Positions 49,272-63,129 of a DNA stretch of 64,000 nt are shown piece after piece. Source of the stretch: Octopus sinensis (taxonomy: Eukaryota); contig NC_042998.1 of the NCBI RefSeq assembly GCF_006345805.1, forward strand, positions 108,314,001 to 108,378,000, read 5' to 3'. How positions within the stretch are numbered: position 1 is the stretch's first letter; every line of letters starts with the position of its first letter. A model generated the notes under the pieces. The model had not been told where the DNA came from. It ran no database searches and worked only from the letters and a program-made list of their open reading frames with translations. Made by a program: the position numbers and the translations under genes.

Positions 49272-51038
49272 ATTATTCAGTTTTTTTCAAGATTTCTTGC
49301 CAATAGAGAAAGAGCCAGTTTCTAAACTAGATCCAAGACTCCTTCATTGGAATTTCGATATCAACAAGAGTATGTTTATATATATGTATGTATTACTTGA
49401 ACTTGTAATCTGGATAGAGTAACTACAATTTCTCAATAGTTCACTGATCTTCAGTTTTATGTTAGCATCCGTTGGGCAGCTAATCTCCACAACTGTACAT
49501 TGTTTCTCTTCTCTATCCCAAATCATTATATCACGTCTGTTGTGCTTACATTTTATTGAGGTCTTCGCTGGGACATTTCATCAGTACATCTTTTTACTAT
49601 GAGTGACTATGGCATCTACCATACTGTGAGTTTTTATTTTTTTGTCCTCGGGGTTATCTTTTTGACGGATTTCCTTATAGAGTGTCCTAGCCACTACATA
49701 ATTTCTCATCGGTAAATAATACCGTGATGACATCTTCGAACAACTGCTTATGATATAGGTGACATCTTCGGTGTTAACTCCACAAAGTCTGCATCGGTTT
49801 GCATAATTTACTGCTATTACTGCATCTCTATTCCTGTTGTGCATGAGATATTTGGTTCGTATTTCCTGTTCCTGGATTGCAAACACGCTTGAAAGTGGGA
49901 GGTAGTAATCCGGCTATTGGTCCATAATAGACTGCTTTGATGATCAATGTTACCAATATCTCGGAGCTTTCTACTAACATGTCCATGCATAGTTTCTCAT
50001 ATATGCTTATCCTTTCTTATATCCTCATCTGATGATGCGTTGCAGTAGAGTTGTGCGACTTCTTTGGGAATGTATTTAAGGTTTTCAGACAATGAATGTT
50101 GCGCAAGCTGCTGCATTCCATATCCTATGATGTTAGCCTCATGTATGCAAACTTGTTCAAGGGATGGACGTCGACACTCAGTGGTTAAAAGATGTTGCCG
50201 AAGGGATATGATATGACATTAAAAAGCATTTTGGATCGATGTTAAGCCTCTTCCACCTTGTTTTCGTATTAGGTGGAGGCGGTCTACGTCACTGTTTATG
50301 TGGAAATTTTGTCTGATTGTTAGTATTTTTCGGGTTTTCACATCAATGGCTCGGACCTCATCAAGCGACCAATCAAGCAACCCAAATGTTAGTTTGTGTA
50401 CTTGCACTGCAAATACATTGTGTGCCACAGTTTTATTGAATGGAGGAAGTTCTGAGGTCCAAATTTTCTTTATTCAGCTGTAATATTCTTTAGTGACACG
50501 TGTTTCGTTACAGGTACCATTGTTTTCATCCACTCCTAGATACCTGTAACATTCTTCGTCAGATATAGGGGAAACAGTCAAGTCATTGATGATGTTGCTA
50601 GTCTGGTTTACACTATTCCCCCTTTTCACAGCCATATATCAACATTTATCCTGACCAAACTCCAACTCTCCATCCTTTGAGAATTTTGTAACTAGATCAA
50701 GGCTCTCATCTCGTGCATAAAGTTACAAGTCATCAGCAAAAACATGGTGTGTAGTTTTGGATTTCTGTTTCCTTGTGAGCAAGTGAGATATTCTTCTGAC
50801 TCCCTTAACATGAATGGCAAGAGGTTTATAGAAAATATAAACGGCATCACAGAGAGGTTGTCCATTTGGAATATGCCTTTGCAATACTGTATTCTCTCAG
50901 TAATAATGCAGTCACTCTTTGTGTTTAATTTCAGTATGGTGGCCCACAATGAATTCAGGTCAGTTACAGCATTGACTATGCTCACTGGAACTTTAGCAAG
51001 TTGAAGGCCTCTAGCATCCATGCGTGGGGAACAGAGTC
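49272..51038 (-). mobile_element. R4/Dong-like LINE family B, 5'-truncated, RT-CCHC-RLE-3' end, flanked by (TATG)n on both sides
   Basis: DSVPHAW, KGIFQMDNLS, FADDL, YRYLGVDE, FHINSDVDRL..GGRGL, FAIQEQEI, CRLCG..E..IISSC..YLPMR, IWDREEK..VEISCP. An internal deletion fuses the RLE to the 3' UTR. (TATG)n at ~49210-49262 and 51039-51187. Confidence 0.93.
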
Positions 51039-53183
51039 TATGTATGTATGTATGTATGTATGTATGTAGTATGTATGTATGTATGTATGTATGTATGTAG
51101 TATGTATGTATGTATGTATGTATGTATGTATGTATGTGTGTGTATGTATTTATGTATGTATGTATGTATATGTATGTATGTACGTATGATATCATACAAG
51201 TATATATATATATATATATTATATGTATATATGAGCGAGCCCCCTACACATACATACATTAATACTTGAATTTTATCTGGGACGTTCGCAATAAATTTGA
51301 CAGTCAACCACCGGTGAATACACTGTAGTTTTTCTTAAAAATACATTAACATAACGTTATTCTAACATACATGTACACACAGTAGACAAACACAAAAGAC
51401 ACAAATGCATAAACACACACAAGCACACAAGCACATACAGACACACACACACACTCATATGTGTATATATAGTGTGTATATATATATATATATATTTGCT
51501 TTGTTATCTCTATATATGTCCATTTTCAGTTAGGTGATTTAGTTCATTTCGTAATTGTAGTCTGTAATTCGTTTTTCAAAGAATTTGTCGAAGGTGTAGT
51601 GCTTTGGTTGTCCCATTTTTCGTAAGGCGGATTTATGGCACAAGAAAGAAAGAAATCTGTACACTTTTTAAAAACCAAAGGAAATAATTTTGACATTTTG
51701 TAAAATGCTGGGGTGATAGTTGTTCATTTGCCAAACTGTTGCCGAGTATGTTCGTCATGTGTGGGAGTTAGAGAAAGTGAGTATTTGGGCTTGACCGTTC
51801 CTTCTATTTTCCCTGCTTTTGTACAGTTTATGTTTTAGAGTATATTTTTTGCAACCTCTCCACTTGATCAGTAAGGCTTGAGTTGTTACATCAATGCCAG
51901 TTAGCTCAGTACAAGTGATTTTGGGACTGAAAACATTAGTATCACTAATTGTAAGTGATCAAACCACTGACCTCTTGTCAGCTTCTCTAAAGTTTGTGAA
52001 TATATTTAGAGAGCATGTATTGATAGACATGGTGATGCCTAGGTCGAACAATTCATTGTAGATCTACTGAAATTTTGAAGCTTTGAACAATACGTATTCC
52101 CATTCATCCTGTTGTATATAGCTACTCAGATTTTGTTGGAATGTATAAATATTGTTGTTTCTATTGATCTCTATCATCCCTTAGAGATGTCTGAAAAGAT
52201 GCTGAATGTTGAAGATTGTAAATTTTTTGCTGTGTCTGCTATTACGAAAATTAAAAGGGTCGTGGAACGGTATCGTCTGGCTTTTTACTTATTGCCACAA
52301 ACTTTTCCTATCGGTCTCTGTTTTCCGCTCCGATCTGAGTTCGATGTTTCTGGAAATCGGAGATGCAAATACCATGCCTCCCGATATTCTAACGTATTTG
52401 CTCTTCATGATTTAAAATTCCATTCTCGACCTCAAACACCTTGAGAAAATAATGTTCACGTAGCAAACTCTTGATAAAGATTGAAAAATTTTCAGATTTT
52501 TGGTGTGATGTGGAATTTGTATAAGACAATTTCTTCCCACGCTTATTTTCTTCCATTTTGCCCAGAAATTCTGGAGTAGTATTGAAACTTAGAATGAAAA
52601 CTACATCTTGAAGAGTTCACTACAGAGCGCAGAAAGCTGTTTTTCCTTTTAGCGCTTGACTGATATATTGCTAAAACTTCTATCGGTTTAAATGGTTTAT
52701 TATCCTCTCCATGCACAATGTGTGTACAACTTTCCATTTGTATACGTGAAACAGTGAGAAAAATTACCCCTCCGCGTATAATGTATACACTTTATATGTA
52801 CAGTTGTGTCAATTTCTGCGTGTGCATGGGCGTGTATGTGTGAGTGTGTGTGTGTCTGTGTGTGTGTGTGCACGCGTTTCTGTGATAGAGAGAGAAAGAA
52901 CAAGAAAGAAAGAAAGAAAGAAAGAATGAAAGAAAGAAGAAAAAAGAAAAAAGGGAGTGAACGAGAGAGAAAGAGGTCTTGTTTCTCGCATCTTTCAAAA
53001 ATGTATGAACTGCAACTCATATAAAGGCATACAACACATACACACTAAAATTCGTGCGTGCACATATACATGTATATACATGCGCTTCTTAAATGTAGAT
53101 GCGTTTAGTTGTATCGATTTATGGTTGTATTCAAACAAACTGACAGATGCATGTATGCACATATATGCGTGTACGTCTATATG

Positions 53184-53245
<62 letters not shown>

Positions 53246-53361
53246 TATATAATATATATATATATAAAATTGATAATAATAATATTAGGGAATAAATCCA
53301 AACTTACAGCGAAAAATTAGATTTAGGATTAAATCTAATTTTATAGTATAAATATATTATA

Positions 53362-53832
53362 TTATATTATATAAATTAGAGATAAAACCACTATTAGGCA
53401 AATCAAACAGTGAAAAACATAAGCCAATACATAAAATTAATTTTAAAATATAAAAGTTAAACTTTAAAAAAATATCTAAATAATTTAAACTTATAAATTT
53501 TAAATATATATATATATATCTATATGTATGTATATTTTTATATTTATATATTATCTTTATCTTTTATTAAACTTTTAATACTTTTGATATTTATATAATA
53601 AAAGAAAAAGAAATTAATAAATAAATAAATTAATAAATAAAATAATATATAAATATGAAAATATACATACATATATATATATATATATTTGTATATATAT
53701 ATTTAAAATTTATAAGTTTAAATCATTTAAATAATTTTTTAAGTTTTAACTTTTATATTTTTAAATTAATTTTATGTATTGGCTTATGTTTTTCACTGTT
53801 CGATTTGCCTAATAGTGGTTTTATCTCTAATT

Positions 53833-53843
<11 letters not shown>
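53362..53843. repeat. ~480-bp AT-rich palindrome (foldback)
   Basis: ataaattagagataaaaccactattaggcaaatc(a/g)aacagtgaaaaacataagccaatacataaaattaatt.. at 53371+ versus its reverse complement ending 53840; about 7 mismatches in ~145 bp by eye. Inner arms 53521-53553 / 53642-53675 also pair. Confidence 0.92.
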
Positions 53844-53899
<56 letters not shown>

Positions 53900-54399
53900 A
53901 ACCTCTGTATGCGTGTTTGTACGTCTTTCCTTTATAACTATTTATAAAGGAAGAGTTGGTTCTAACACAGAAACAAAGTTCCATCGCTGAAACTTAGAAT
54001 TTGGATAAAGCAATCAATAAGTGTTGAACAATATTAGTCTCGCTTACAGATTGTATTTGCAAAGTGCATATTAGCTGGTATTATTTTTGCCTGAAAGCAC
54101 TAACCTGTAGAGTTTGCTACTTATACATTTGCTTACATACTCGGGTGCACCAATAATTAGGTATAAATGTGAAGCTGTACTCTGGGGAGAACAGTTATAG
54201 ATTTTGAAGCAGTTATCCATGAATATTCTCTCTTTTTTTTTAGCGATTTAGAAACAAATCACAAATAATCATATCGAGTCTGTTATGCTTATACTTGGGG
54301 GAAAATTTGATAGGGTGTTTCACCAAAATTCTTTGAGCTGATACGTATATATGTATTCAATGAATGGAGCATTCTTTTTACTCAATTCAGGATATTCAT

Positions 54400-55200
54400 T
54401 TCTGTGTTTGGTATTCTATATCATTTCAGTGACAACCTTCTGCTTCATTGGAAGGTAACACTCTGAGGATATTTTTAGCCGATGCTGTCCACGTGTGCAA
54501 TGACCTTCTCAGAATGTGATATAATCAACTCTCCCAGTTAGATCTTGGGGTTTAAGGATTTCACTGTATCTTATGGTTATTTCTGTTTTGTAGCAAACAT
54601 ATGCTCTTGGATTGAAAAGCGTAGCCTTCGAAATATGACGTATTGTAACGGAAACGAGCACTGGTAAGGTTACACTTAATGTTAGCATCATCCCCAAGAT
54701 TACGGGAGACATTCTCAAACATATCCATTTTTTATGCGGGGTATTTCTCTTGCAAGACAAATGCACTAGTCCAGAAACTCTAATGTTATATGGAAGGTCA
54801 CTGGAATAATATTTCTTGATGAGTTCTTTAGTACTTCAAAAGAAGTTGTTCACTTTACTTCTGATGAACTTATTCTTGCTGCTGCAGTTTAGGAGACCTC
54901 GTGTGACATGTACTAACTTTATTTAGGCATATTCTTCCTCTTGGCTCTTCATCAGTGATATCACTGTTTATGTGAAAACTTCCAACAGAAATTGCAACAG
55001 GATTTTCCGGATTTTAGTAGGTATGGAATAGATATTCTCTTCAAAACTCTAAAGTATTCGTATTGTTGGTATCACTACTGGTGTTCCAAATGCATTGTGG
55101 GATATTGTCTTGTAAGAAGAAAGCATCGACTACCACATACGTAATTTTGAGGCTTGGTATAATATTCTGTCTCTCTTTGTTAACAGTATCTTTTGTATAT
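54400..55200 (-). mobile_element. Old R4/Dong-like LINE remnant
   Basis: TKIRKIL, GSFHINSDI..RGR and YLPM motifs, homologous to 49.7-50.4 kb; heavily decayed. Confidence 0.6.
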
Positions 55201-55319
55201 GTTTATGTCAGAAACTAGATATTATAGCACACCCATAGACAAGAGGAGAGACTATAGAGATAAGATTTGACGTTCAGGAATCAATTATTCTGTGTTAATT
55301 TTTTTGTTAATATTTTGAT

Positions 55320-55750
55320 GGAAGTAACTTCTTAAATGTATAATATACCCACTGTGAAGTTAGCTGTGTAAAATGTCTGCGAAAATGGTAAAGAAGTTGA
55401 GTACTCTAACGATGACAACCCAAAATGTTCAACATAATATGGCAAGATAAAATGAAAACATGAGCACATCCTTCTGCAAAATAAGTTCCTACCACTGCAA
55501 AATGTGATGATACTGATATAGGTTTCGCCCGGTAGATCGCTTTTCACGTCTATCAGATACTCGGCATGCAAAGACTAAAGGGCATGGTCACTGGAAGAAA
55601 GAAACTCCCAAAGGGGCCAACTTAAGTACACCTAGTACCGTACATTCCCGAAAAAGTTAAGTGTACAAAGACCAGTTTGACAGGAGCGGAGAAAACTGCA
55701 GCAGATCGACAACACTCGAGGACGCTCATTGCCTTATGCATTTCACAACT
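55320..55750 (+). mobile_element. Decayed RTE LINE 3' end
   Basis: Ends AADRQHSRTLIALC, resembling the RTE terminal A.DR..WR..V.ALC motif. Confidence 0.45.
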
Positions 55751-56459
55751 TGGGAAAATTCATTCATATCTATTGGCACAAAATAGGGAAATCGATAAAA
55801 TATCGAAAAAAATGTTGGTATCAAACAGTTAGTTACATTGTCGTAATTGACAAGACCCTTTTAAGTTCCGGTTACGTCACTTTATGCTATCAATAAAATA
55901 ATGACAACTAGAAGTAAAAATTGTGTGATTGATGTAACCGACTATAACACTTGAAAGTGATGCAAGAATGCTAGAATCCAGTGACTGAAACTAGTAAGAA
56001 AGAATAATTAAATGACACTGCTGCGTGTAACAGAAATTAATTGAATATCTCATTCATAAACTGTCCTCAATGTGTGTGATGCATGAAACCATCAAATGCG
56101 GAAGTAACGTAATAATCAGATTATGTAACTTTGTTATAGAAGACCAAGGTCAATATGAAGTAAGTGAAGATTCAAATGAAATATCTATACATTTTAATGC
56201 ATTCTCACAGTACATAGCATAAACTAATTTTCTCAATGTCTTCTGTAGTAATGGATAATGTTCACATTTTATGACAGACAAACCTAAATTAGGAAACAAG
56301 GTAGATAGTTAGCTGTGATAGAACATTTTTATACATATTTCTAGGTGACAATGCTGGCAAGTTTCAAATAATAAAAAGAAGCAAAAACTCACACGAAATG
56401 CTGATAACTGGTTGAAATTAATTTTTGAACGCCTCCCGATATGTTTCAGTGTTTTCATA

Positions 56460-57115
56460 CGCGATCATAGTGGAATGTCCCAGTGAAGTCCTCAATGAAA
56501 TGTAAGCACAATAGACCTGATATAATGATTTGGGACAAGGAGATACTACACAGTTGTGGAAATTAGATGCCTAGCGGTGTTAACATAAAGCTGAAAGATA
56601 AGTGAAAAAGAGAACACCTATGCTGATCTATTGAGAAATCTGCAGTTACTCTATCCAGATTACAAGTTCAGGTTTATACTTGTAATTATTAGGGTACTGG
56701 GATATGTAACACGCTGCTTAAATACCAATCTTGAGAAACTGGGCTTCTCAAAACCAAGAAGGAGAAAGCTAATCCGAAGACTACAGATCCAATCCACCAC
56801 TAAAACTGTAAAAATCTGTAAAACTTTCCAGAAGTTTATAATTTAAGTATATATGAGCATGTCTAGATATGAAACTATATTCATGAGAATAAAACATACA
56901 AATCTGCACATATATACATTCACACATACATACATACATACATACATACATACATACATACATACATACATACATACATACATACATACATACTTACATC
57001 CATACAAACAAAAATACACTGTTGTTGATATTGAGATTCCAATGTATGAGCCTTGAATCTAAGTTGGTAACCGGCTCTTGCTCTTGTGGCAAGAAATCAT
57101 GAAATAAACTGAATA
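56460..57115 (+). mobile_element. R4/Dong-like family B 3' end (RLE + 3' UTR with internal (CATA)n)
   Basis: KCKHNRPDIMIWDKE..NIKLKISEKENTYADLLRNLQLLYPDYKF..LGYV..KTFQKFII*. (CATA)n at 56926-56996 lies inside the UTR; end gaaataaactgaatatt followed by gacatatatacatac. Confidence 0.92.
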
Positions 57116-57145
57116 TTGACATATATACATACGTGCGTGCGTGCG

Positions 57146-57201
<56 letters not shown>

Positions 57202-57359
57202 TGCGTTTCCATGATTTTATTTTTCGAATGTTTTACCATTGGAGAAAGGGATTCTAGCCTAGAGACAAGGTTATTTCATTAGAATTTATACATCAGCAAG
57301 GTATGCATGTATATACGAAGTATATATGATGTCAATACGAGGTATATATGATATACATA

Positions 57360-57685
57360 TGGAATGACCTACGCCGGTTATAACAACAAGTGTTCCAGTT
57401 GATATGATTAATGGAACAGTCTACTTATGAAATTAACATGCAAATGGCTAAGCGCTCCCACAGACGCGCGTACCCATAAGGTGAGTCTCAGAGAGATTTA
57501 GTGCGATACAGTGTGACAAGTCTGGCCCTTTGAACTACAAGTACTACTCATTTTTGCCAGCTGAGTGGACTGGAACAATGACAAATAAAGTGTCTTGCTC
57601 AAGGATACAACGAGCCGCCAGGAATCGAACTCAGGACCTTATCATCATTAGCTGAATACCTTACCCACTAAAGCAAGCGCCTTGG
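57360..57685 (-). mobile_element. tRNA-derived SINE (third family, CORE-like tccttgagcaagacactt block)
   Basis: Minus strand tagtgggtaagg (A box-like)...gagttcgattcc (B box)...tccttgagcaagacacttt...cagtccactcagctgg. Confidence 0.8.
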
Positions 57686-58559
57686 AATGTACACACACAC
57701 AAACGTGTGCGCGCACACACACATATGTATGCATCATATATACATATAAGCATGCATATACATATATACCGTGGAAACGTTGCGGTCGGTATGGAGGTCA
57801 TAGCATACGTGTATACGTGGCTTTCGGTATGGATGTCATAGCATGCATGGATACGTACGCTTTGACTTATGTATGTGTACACAAACATGTTTGCAAATCT
57901 ATATGTCTGTATATGCCCTTTTCACAAACTAAAATATGTTGAATGTTTTACATATAACTGACTCTTTGATGGTGTGGGATGCAATTAAGAGTATCATGTC
58001 TGATTTTGTGAAATCCAGCTATTTAATACCAATTATGAGGCAATTATCCACAGATATATTCGTTCCAATAGTTATTGATAGATTTCTAAAGCTGTGGGCA
58101 GAATAGAGTAGCTGCAGATCTCTCATCAGTTCGGCATATTTTTTTTTCAATAACATTTAACATTGTTAACATTTGGGCAATTGATTTCAGGCACTGTGAA
58201 TTTCTTTTCTTAGTTCAAAGTCATTGTCATCATTGTTTGTTATTCTTACACTTTATTGAAGACTCAATAAAAATATTTTAGCCATATTCTTTCGCATTAT
58301 ATGTGATTATGCTCGAAGCTTCACTGCTGGTTCTTAAATTTGCATCATTAGGTTTGACCTTTCACCGGATTTTATTATATGTTGTTCAATCTATGCTGTC
58401 ATATTTAGGTATCATTGTAATAACATCTATTTATGATGCGAGTGATATCGTCAGCGTTTGTGCATCAGATATTTTATTTGCTCCAAAAGCATATCATTCA
58501 AAGTAAGAACTAATATTACGGTTGTTTCTTCTAATTATTGAAGTTGCAGCTACTTTGAG

Positions 58560-58910
58560 GCTTTTTGAGGCAGTAGCCAACTTTGAATTCTACAGATATG
58601 TCTACAAGTTCTTTTATGATGTCATTTTCAGTAAAGTTCTGCAAATTCTCTAGGTATATATCCTTAGTCACCAATGTAAATTATTTTTGAGCAGTTCTTT
58701 CCATGGTTGGATTTCGGCATTTGGTTGTTCGTATATGCTGTCGAAGGGATATGATGCAATATTCTGAGGCCGATTGAATCGGCGGTAAACTTCTGCTACA
58801 TGATCTTTAAAGTAGTCTCCTCAGTGTTGATATGAAAATACCTGGTTCGGGTTAGCAATTTTCGGATTTTGATATGAATAGCCGTATCTCATCCAAGTAG
58901 TCTCAAATGC
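58560..58910 (-). mobile_element. Old R4/Dong-like LINE remnant
   Basis: LDEIR..IKIRKLLT..FHINTE and CIISLRQHIR, homologous to 50190-50350. Confidence 0.65.
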
Positions 58911-59299
58911 TGATATTTGTACTGGTACATACACAGACTCAGACGCACACACAGACACACACACACAGACACAAACACACACACACAGAGACACACACAC
59001 ACACACACACACGCACTCACATACAGACGTACGTACGTATGAATGCGTGTATGAATGCATCTATTTTCAATTAAATGAAGTTTTACTGTAAGGAAGGAAC
59101 TCCATCGTTAACAGATGTTAACAAAATGCAGTTAACAAAAACACTGTCACATATTGAACTTGAGAAAAATCTTACTGTGCACTTACAGATTGCATTGTTA
59201 TTGTGAGTGTTATCTGGTTGATGTTTTTTTTTCTTGGAAAACCCAGCTTTTCCAGGTTATCACTTAGGCGTTTACAACCAAAACCAAGTACATCAATTG

Positions 59300-59650
59300 A
59301 TTTGGTATAAAAGTGTATTAAGGATAATTAGATTGTATGGTCGGTTGTAATGGAGAATTTTCATTCATTAAATTTTAGGTTGCGTTATTGTTTTGCAATC
59401 AGGTGTGTCTAATTAGATGTGTCATGTTCAGTTCACAGGGATTCACAAAAGAAAGTATATTAGGTGGAAGGTATATGTTGGTCAGCAGATGTGTGACTAG
59501 GTTTGGTTGTTGGTTTTATTTGAATATTAATGAGATACTTAACCATTAGTTTTGAGAATGTGAAGTTTAGAGCTCGGAGTTCAGTCCAATGTTTAAGTCT
59601 TTGTAATTAGGTGTGTTGGCTTTTAGGTAATAGAGTTTTAAGGGTTTACA
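59300..59650 (-). mobile_element. Possible old LINE AP-endonuclease remnant
   Basis: A/C-rich minus strand with LLTNIYLPP (NIY.PP-like APE motif); otherwise unrecognisable. Confidence 0.25.
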
Positions 59651-59970
59651 ACAGAATTTTAAAAAGGTGTTAAATTTTAGTCTGTTGACAGTTCTGTGTT
59701 ATTTATTGTCACAGCACAACTATACAAAAATAACGAACCCGGCCAACTTTATACCAATGAATCTTACAACATTCTTATTTTCAAGAAACAAATTCTTAAC
59801 TGACACTCTGAATTAGTCTTTTCTTAATAAATTCATACCGTACAAAAAGTATTGAGTAAACCTTCAGTTTAATGTAAAACTGTTTTTTATCACTACATAG
59901 CAACGTAATTGTTTTTATTATTTTAATAAATTGTTTTTGTTATAACACACACACACACGTGTATGTATGC

Positions 59971-60001
<31 letters not shown>

Positions 60002-60634
60002 TGCGTGTGTTTGTACTGAGTGGGAATGAAAGTCAGATGAGGAACGAGAGAGGTAATATTGGAGCCTACTTCAAATTCCATCCTTCAAGTTATACTCATG
60101 AACAACAGTTGAAACGCAGGCTCTTGAAAGATTTGCCAGTTTTATCTTGCTGCCAGTGTTTATAGCTCTACGACCTTCTTCCATTTCAGCTTGTGGAATT
60201 TAATTCTAGCCAGATAATATGGGCCGTTGGCAATTAAATGCCTTCGCCAAAGACATACTGCAGTGAAAGGGAGAAACAATACAAATTGCTTGATATGTAT
60301 AAAGGGTCAGAATATTGATTTAACCTTCAGATAAGCACCCAGACATAGATACAAAGGTGCACGCGCACACACACAAGAATAAACAGATATATATGCAGTG
60401 TGCATGTATGTGTGTGCATATATATACATATATATATGCACACACATTTCATATATACACACACAATGCGCGCGCGCACACATACACACGTATACACAGA
60501 ATAGAAAATAAAGATCCGAATGATATTTCAAAATGTCTTGAAGTTCCACAATTGTTTTCACGGCTTAAGTATGAACATAATCAAGTAGAAATTACAAGAC
60601 TAACACCTATTTCTATATATGTATACCTACGTTT

Positions 60635-60671
60635 CCATCCATCCATCCATCCATCTATCTATCTATCTATC

Positions 60672-60738
<67 letters not shown>
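60635..60738. repeat. (CCAT)n(CTAT)n microsatellite
   Basis: Directly visible. Confidence 0.97.
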
Positions 60739-60739
<1 letters not shown>

Positions 60740-63129
60740 GACTGAAAGACAGAAAGACAGATAGAATAGATAGAACGCCCAAGAAAACACCTAGCCGCAT
60801 TGGGTCCCTTCTAACGTTGGTAACAAAATGTACCAGTAAAAGTGGTGAGAATTGTACTTGAGGTTTGGAGAAAGTGCTTCGTGTTATTTGTTCAGTCTCT
60901 TTATTTTCGGAATGTAAACTTATATTTACCTACCTGACAAGATGGAGCTTTGAAAAAAGAAAAAAAATTCTCGAAGACAACGATGAACCACCTTTGTATA
61001 CAAAAACGAAAATTCCATAGTAATCATAGTATTTGTAAATTAGGTTACGGATTGTCGTTCGTTGGAGGAAGGAGTATTTTTCCTTTTGTAAGGCGGGAAG
61101 CTAGTGAGGGAGATTTGGCTGTTATTTATTGCAGGTTTTGTTATACTGTAGTGGTTCCCTCGTTTGATCGACGTTAGTTCTATAAGGTCAATCAACATCG
61201 AATAGTTATAATGTGTAATAATTATCAACTATCGAAATCGCTCAGTTAAAAATCAGACTAGTTTAATCAAATTACGTATACGTATGTGTGTGTGTATGTG
61301 TGAGTCTGTGTGAGTGTGAGCGAGTGTGTGGGTGTGTGTGAGTATCGGTGTGTGTGTATGATTGTTTATTTGCGTATGTAACAAAATAGAAATAAAAATA
61401 AATATTAGACAACCTAAAGTAAACTTTGTGTTCTTTGAACTTGTTTCAAAATTTCTTCAAAAAAGACTTCAATAGTGTCAATCGTTCTACTTGTAGCTAG
61501 TATCACACTTGTTTTCTTGTAGCTATTATCACACTTTTTTCTTGTTAGTAATTTATTGTTTCACATCAAAGAATGTTATTTCGACCACATTTGCCAAAAA
61601 AAAAAAAAAAAAAAAAGACTGGAAGATATTATAAAAGGGAAAAACCTCATTTGAAACATTTTACTCATCTCTGAATAACCTTTATAATTATACAAAATAT
61701 ATCTGGAAATTCTGTGAAATTGACAGAGAAATCCTTTTATCTAAATTTAATTAGAGACTGTAAAAAAATATCACTTTTAAGCAGTAAGAAATAGCTTCTA
61801 TCAACTCCTAGAATACACGCATTTTTATTTGCGTGTATATGTGTGTGTGCGTACAGGCGCGTGTATGTATATGCGCATGTGCGTGCGTACATACACACAC
61901 ACACACGCGCGCGCACGCGCTCACACGTACAACTCAGTTACAGGCTATTGACATAACAAACACATTTACACAATCATACAAAATGTCTGCAATATATAAA
62001 AAAATAAAATTCCTGAAATTTTGCACTATTCGTTAGAAACACTGAAAAGGAAAGCTTAAAAATCATGCAGTGAACATTCCTGGGGTTAGTATGTTTGTGC
62101 CAACAGCATACACATTGTATCTAGGTTATAATAAACAGATCTGTGCATAGGGGACCTCTCCTTTCCAGAATTGCAGTTTACTGTACTTCCCTTCCAATCA
62201 ATCTTTCCTTCCAATCAATCTTTCCTTCCAATGACTAACCGGCAGATGTTCAACCGAAAATCAACCGAAAATCAACCACATCTGGGAAGACTTATAAAGT
62301 TTTCTATACTCTTCAACTGAAAGGAGGGGAGAAAAAGCTAAAATGGCATGACATTGAAAAGTTCTTTAAGCTGTTCTAGTTAGCAGATTTGGGAATATGT
62401 TTGAAAGTATAACTGAGGCAAACCAAGAAATCTCAGCTGATCGTGGCTTCTTTAGTGATGTATGAATGTAACATTTTGGAATCACTTATATGATGCAATT
62501 TTACGTCACTGTACATTGTTCATGTGACTGGTGAATAAAATGTGAGACTATGTCTCTCGGATATTTTAGCTACGACATATTATCAGGTACGATGATAATA
62601 TTTGTTAATATTGTTGTCTAACAAGAACAATAAAAACAACAGGATAATGTCCTTAGTTTATAGAACTGATAATATCTAGTCCGTTACCCAGCTAGGAAAT
62701 TCAGCGTTCTACTTACTTTATACTTTAATGTCTCTATTACCATTAAAAAATTCAGTTAAAAAAATAAGAGAAAATCTCGGAAGCATGAGACATTATCGTT
62801 ATTTTAGGAATATATATTAATGACGTTGCTTCTATGCATTAATAAACTGTTTCAAAAGAAAGTATATTTCTTATGAATCTGGAAAAAGATTATCAGAAAT
62901 AATTCTTCTCCTTTTTCTGTCAAAGGGGATATTATAATAAATCAAAAATTAATTACGCATGGTATCTCATATAACCTCACTGCCTTGTATGTATGTATGT
63001 ATGTATGTATGTATGTTGTATGTATGTATGTATGTATGTATGTATGCATGCATGCATGCATGTATGTATGCATGAATGCATGCATGTATGCATGCATGTA
63101 TGTATGTATGTATGTATGTATGTACGTAT

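Noticed and set aside
54430-54454. 25-nt exon candidate (atttcag|..AAG|gtaaca)
   Set aside because: It is the antisense of the YLPM region of the old Dong-like remnant.
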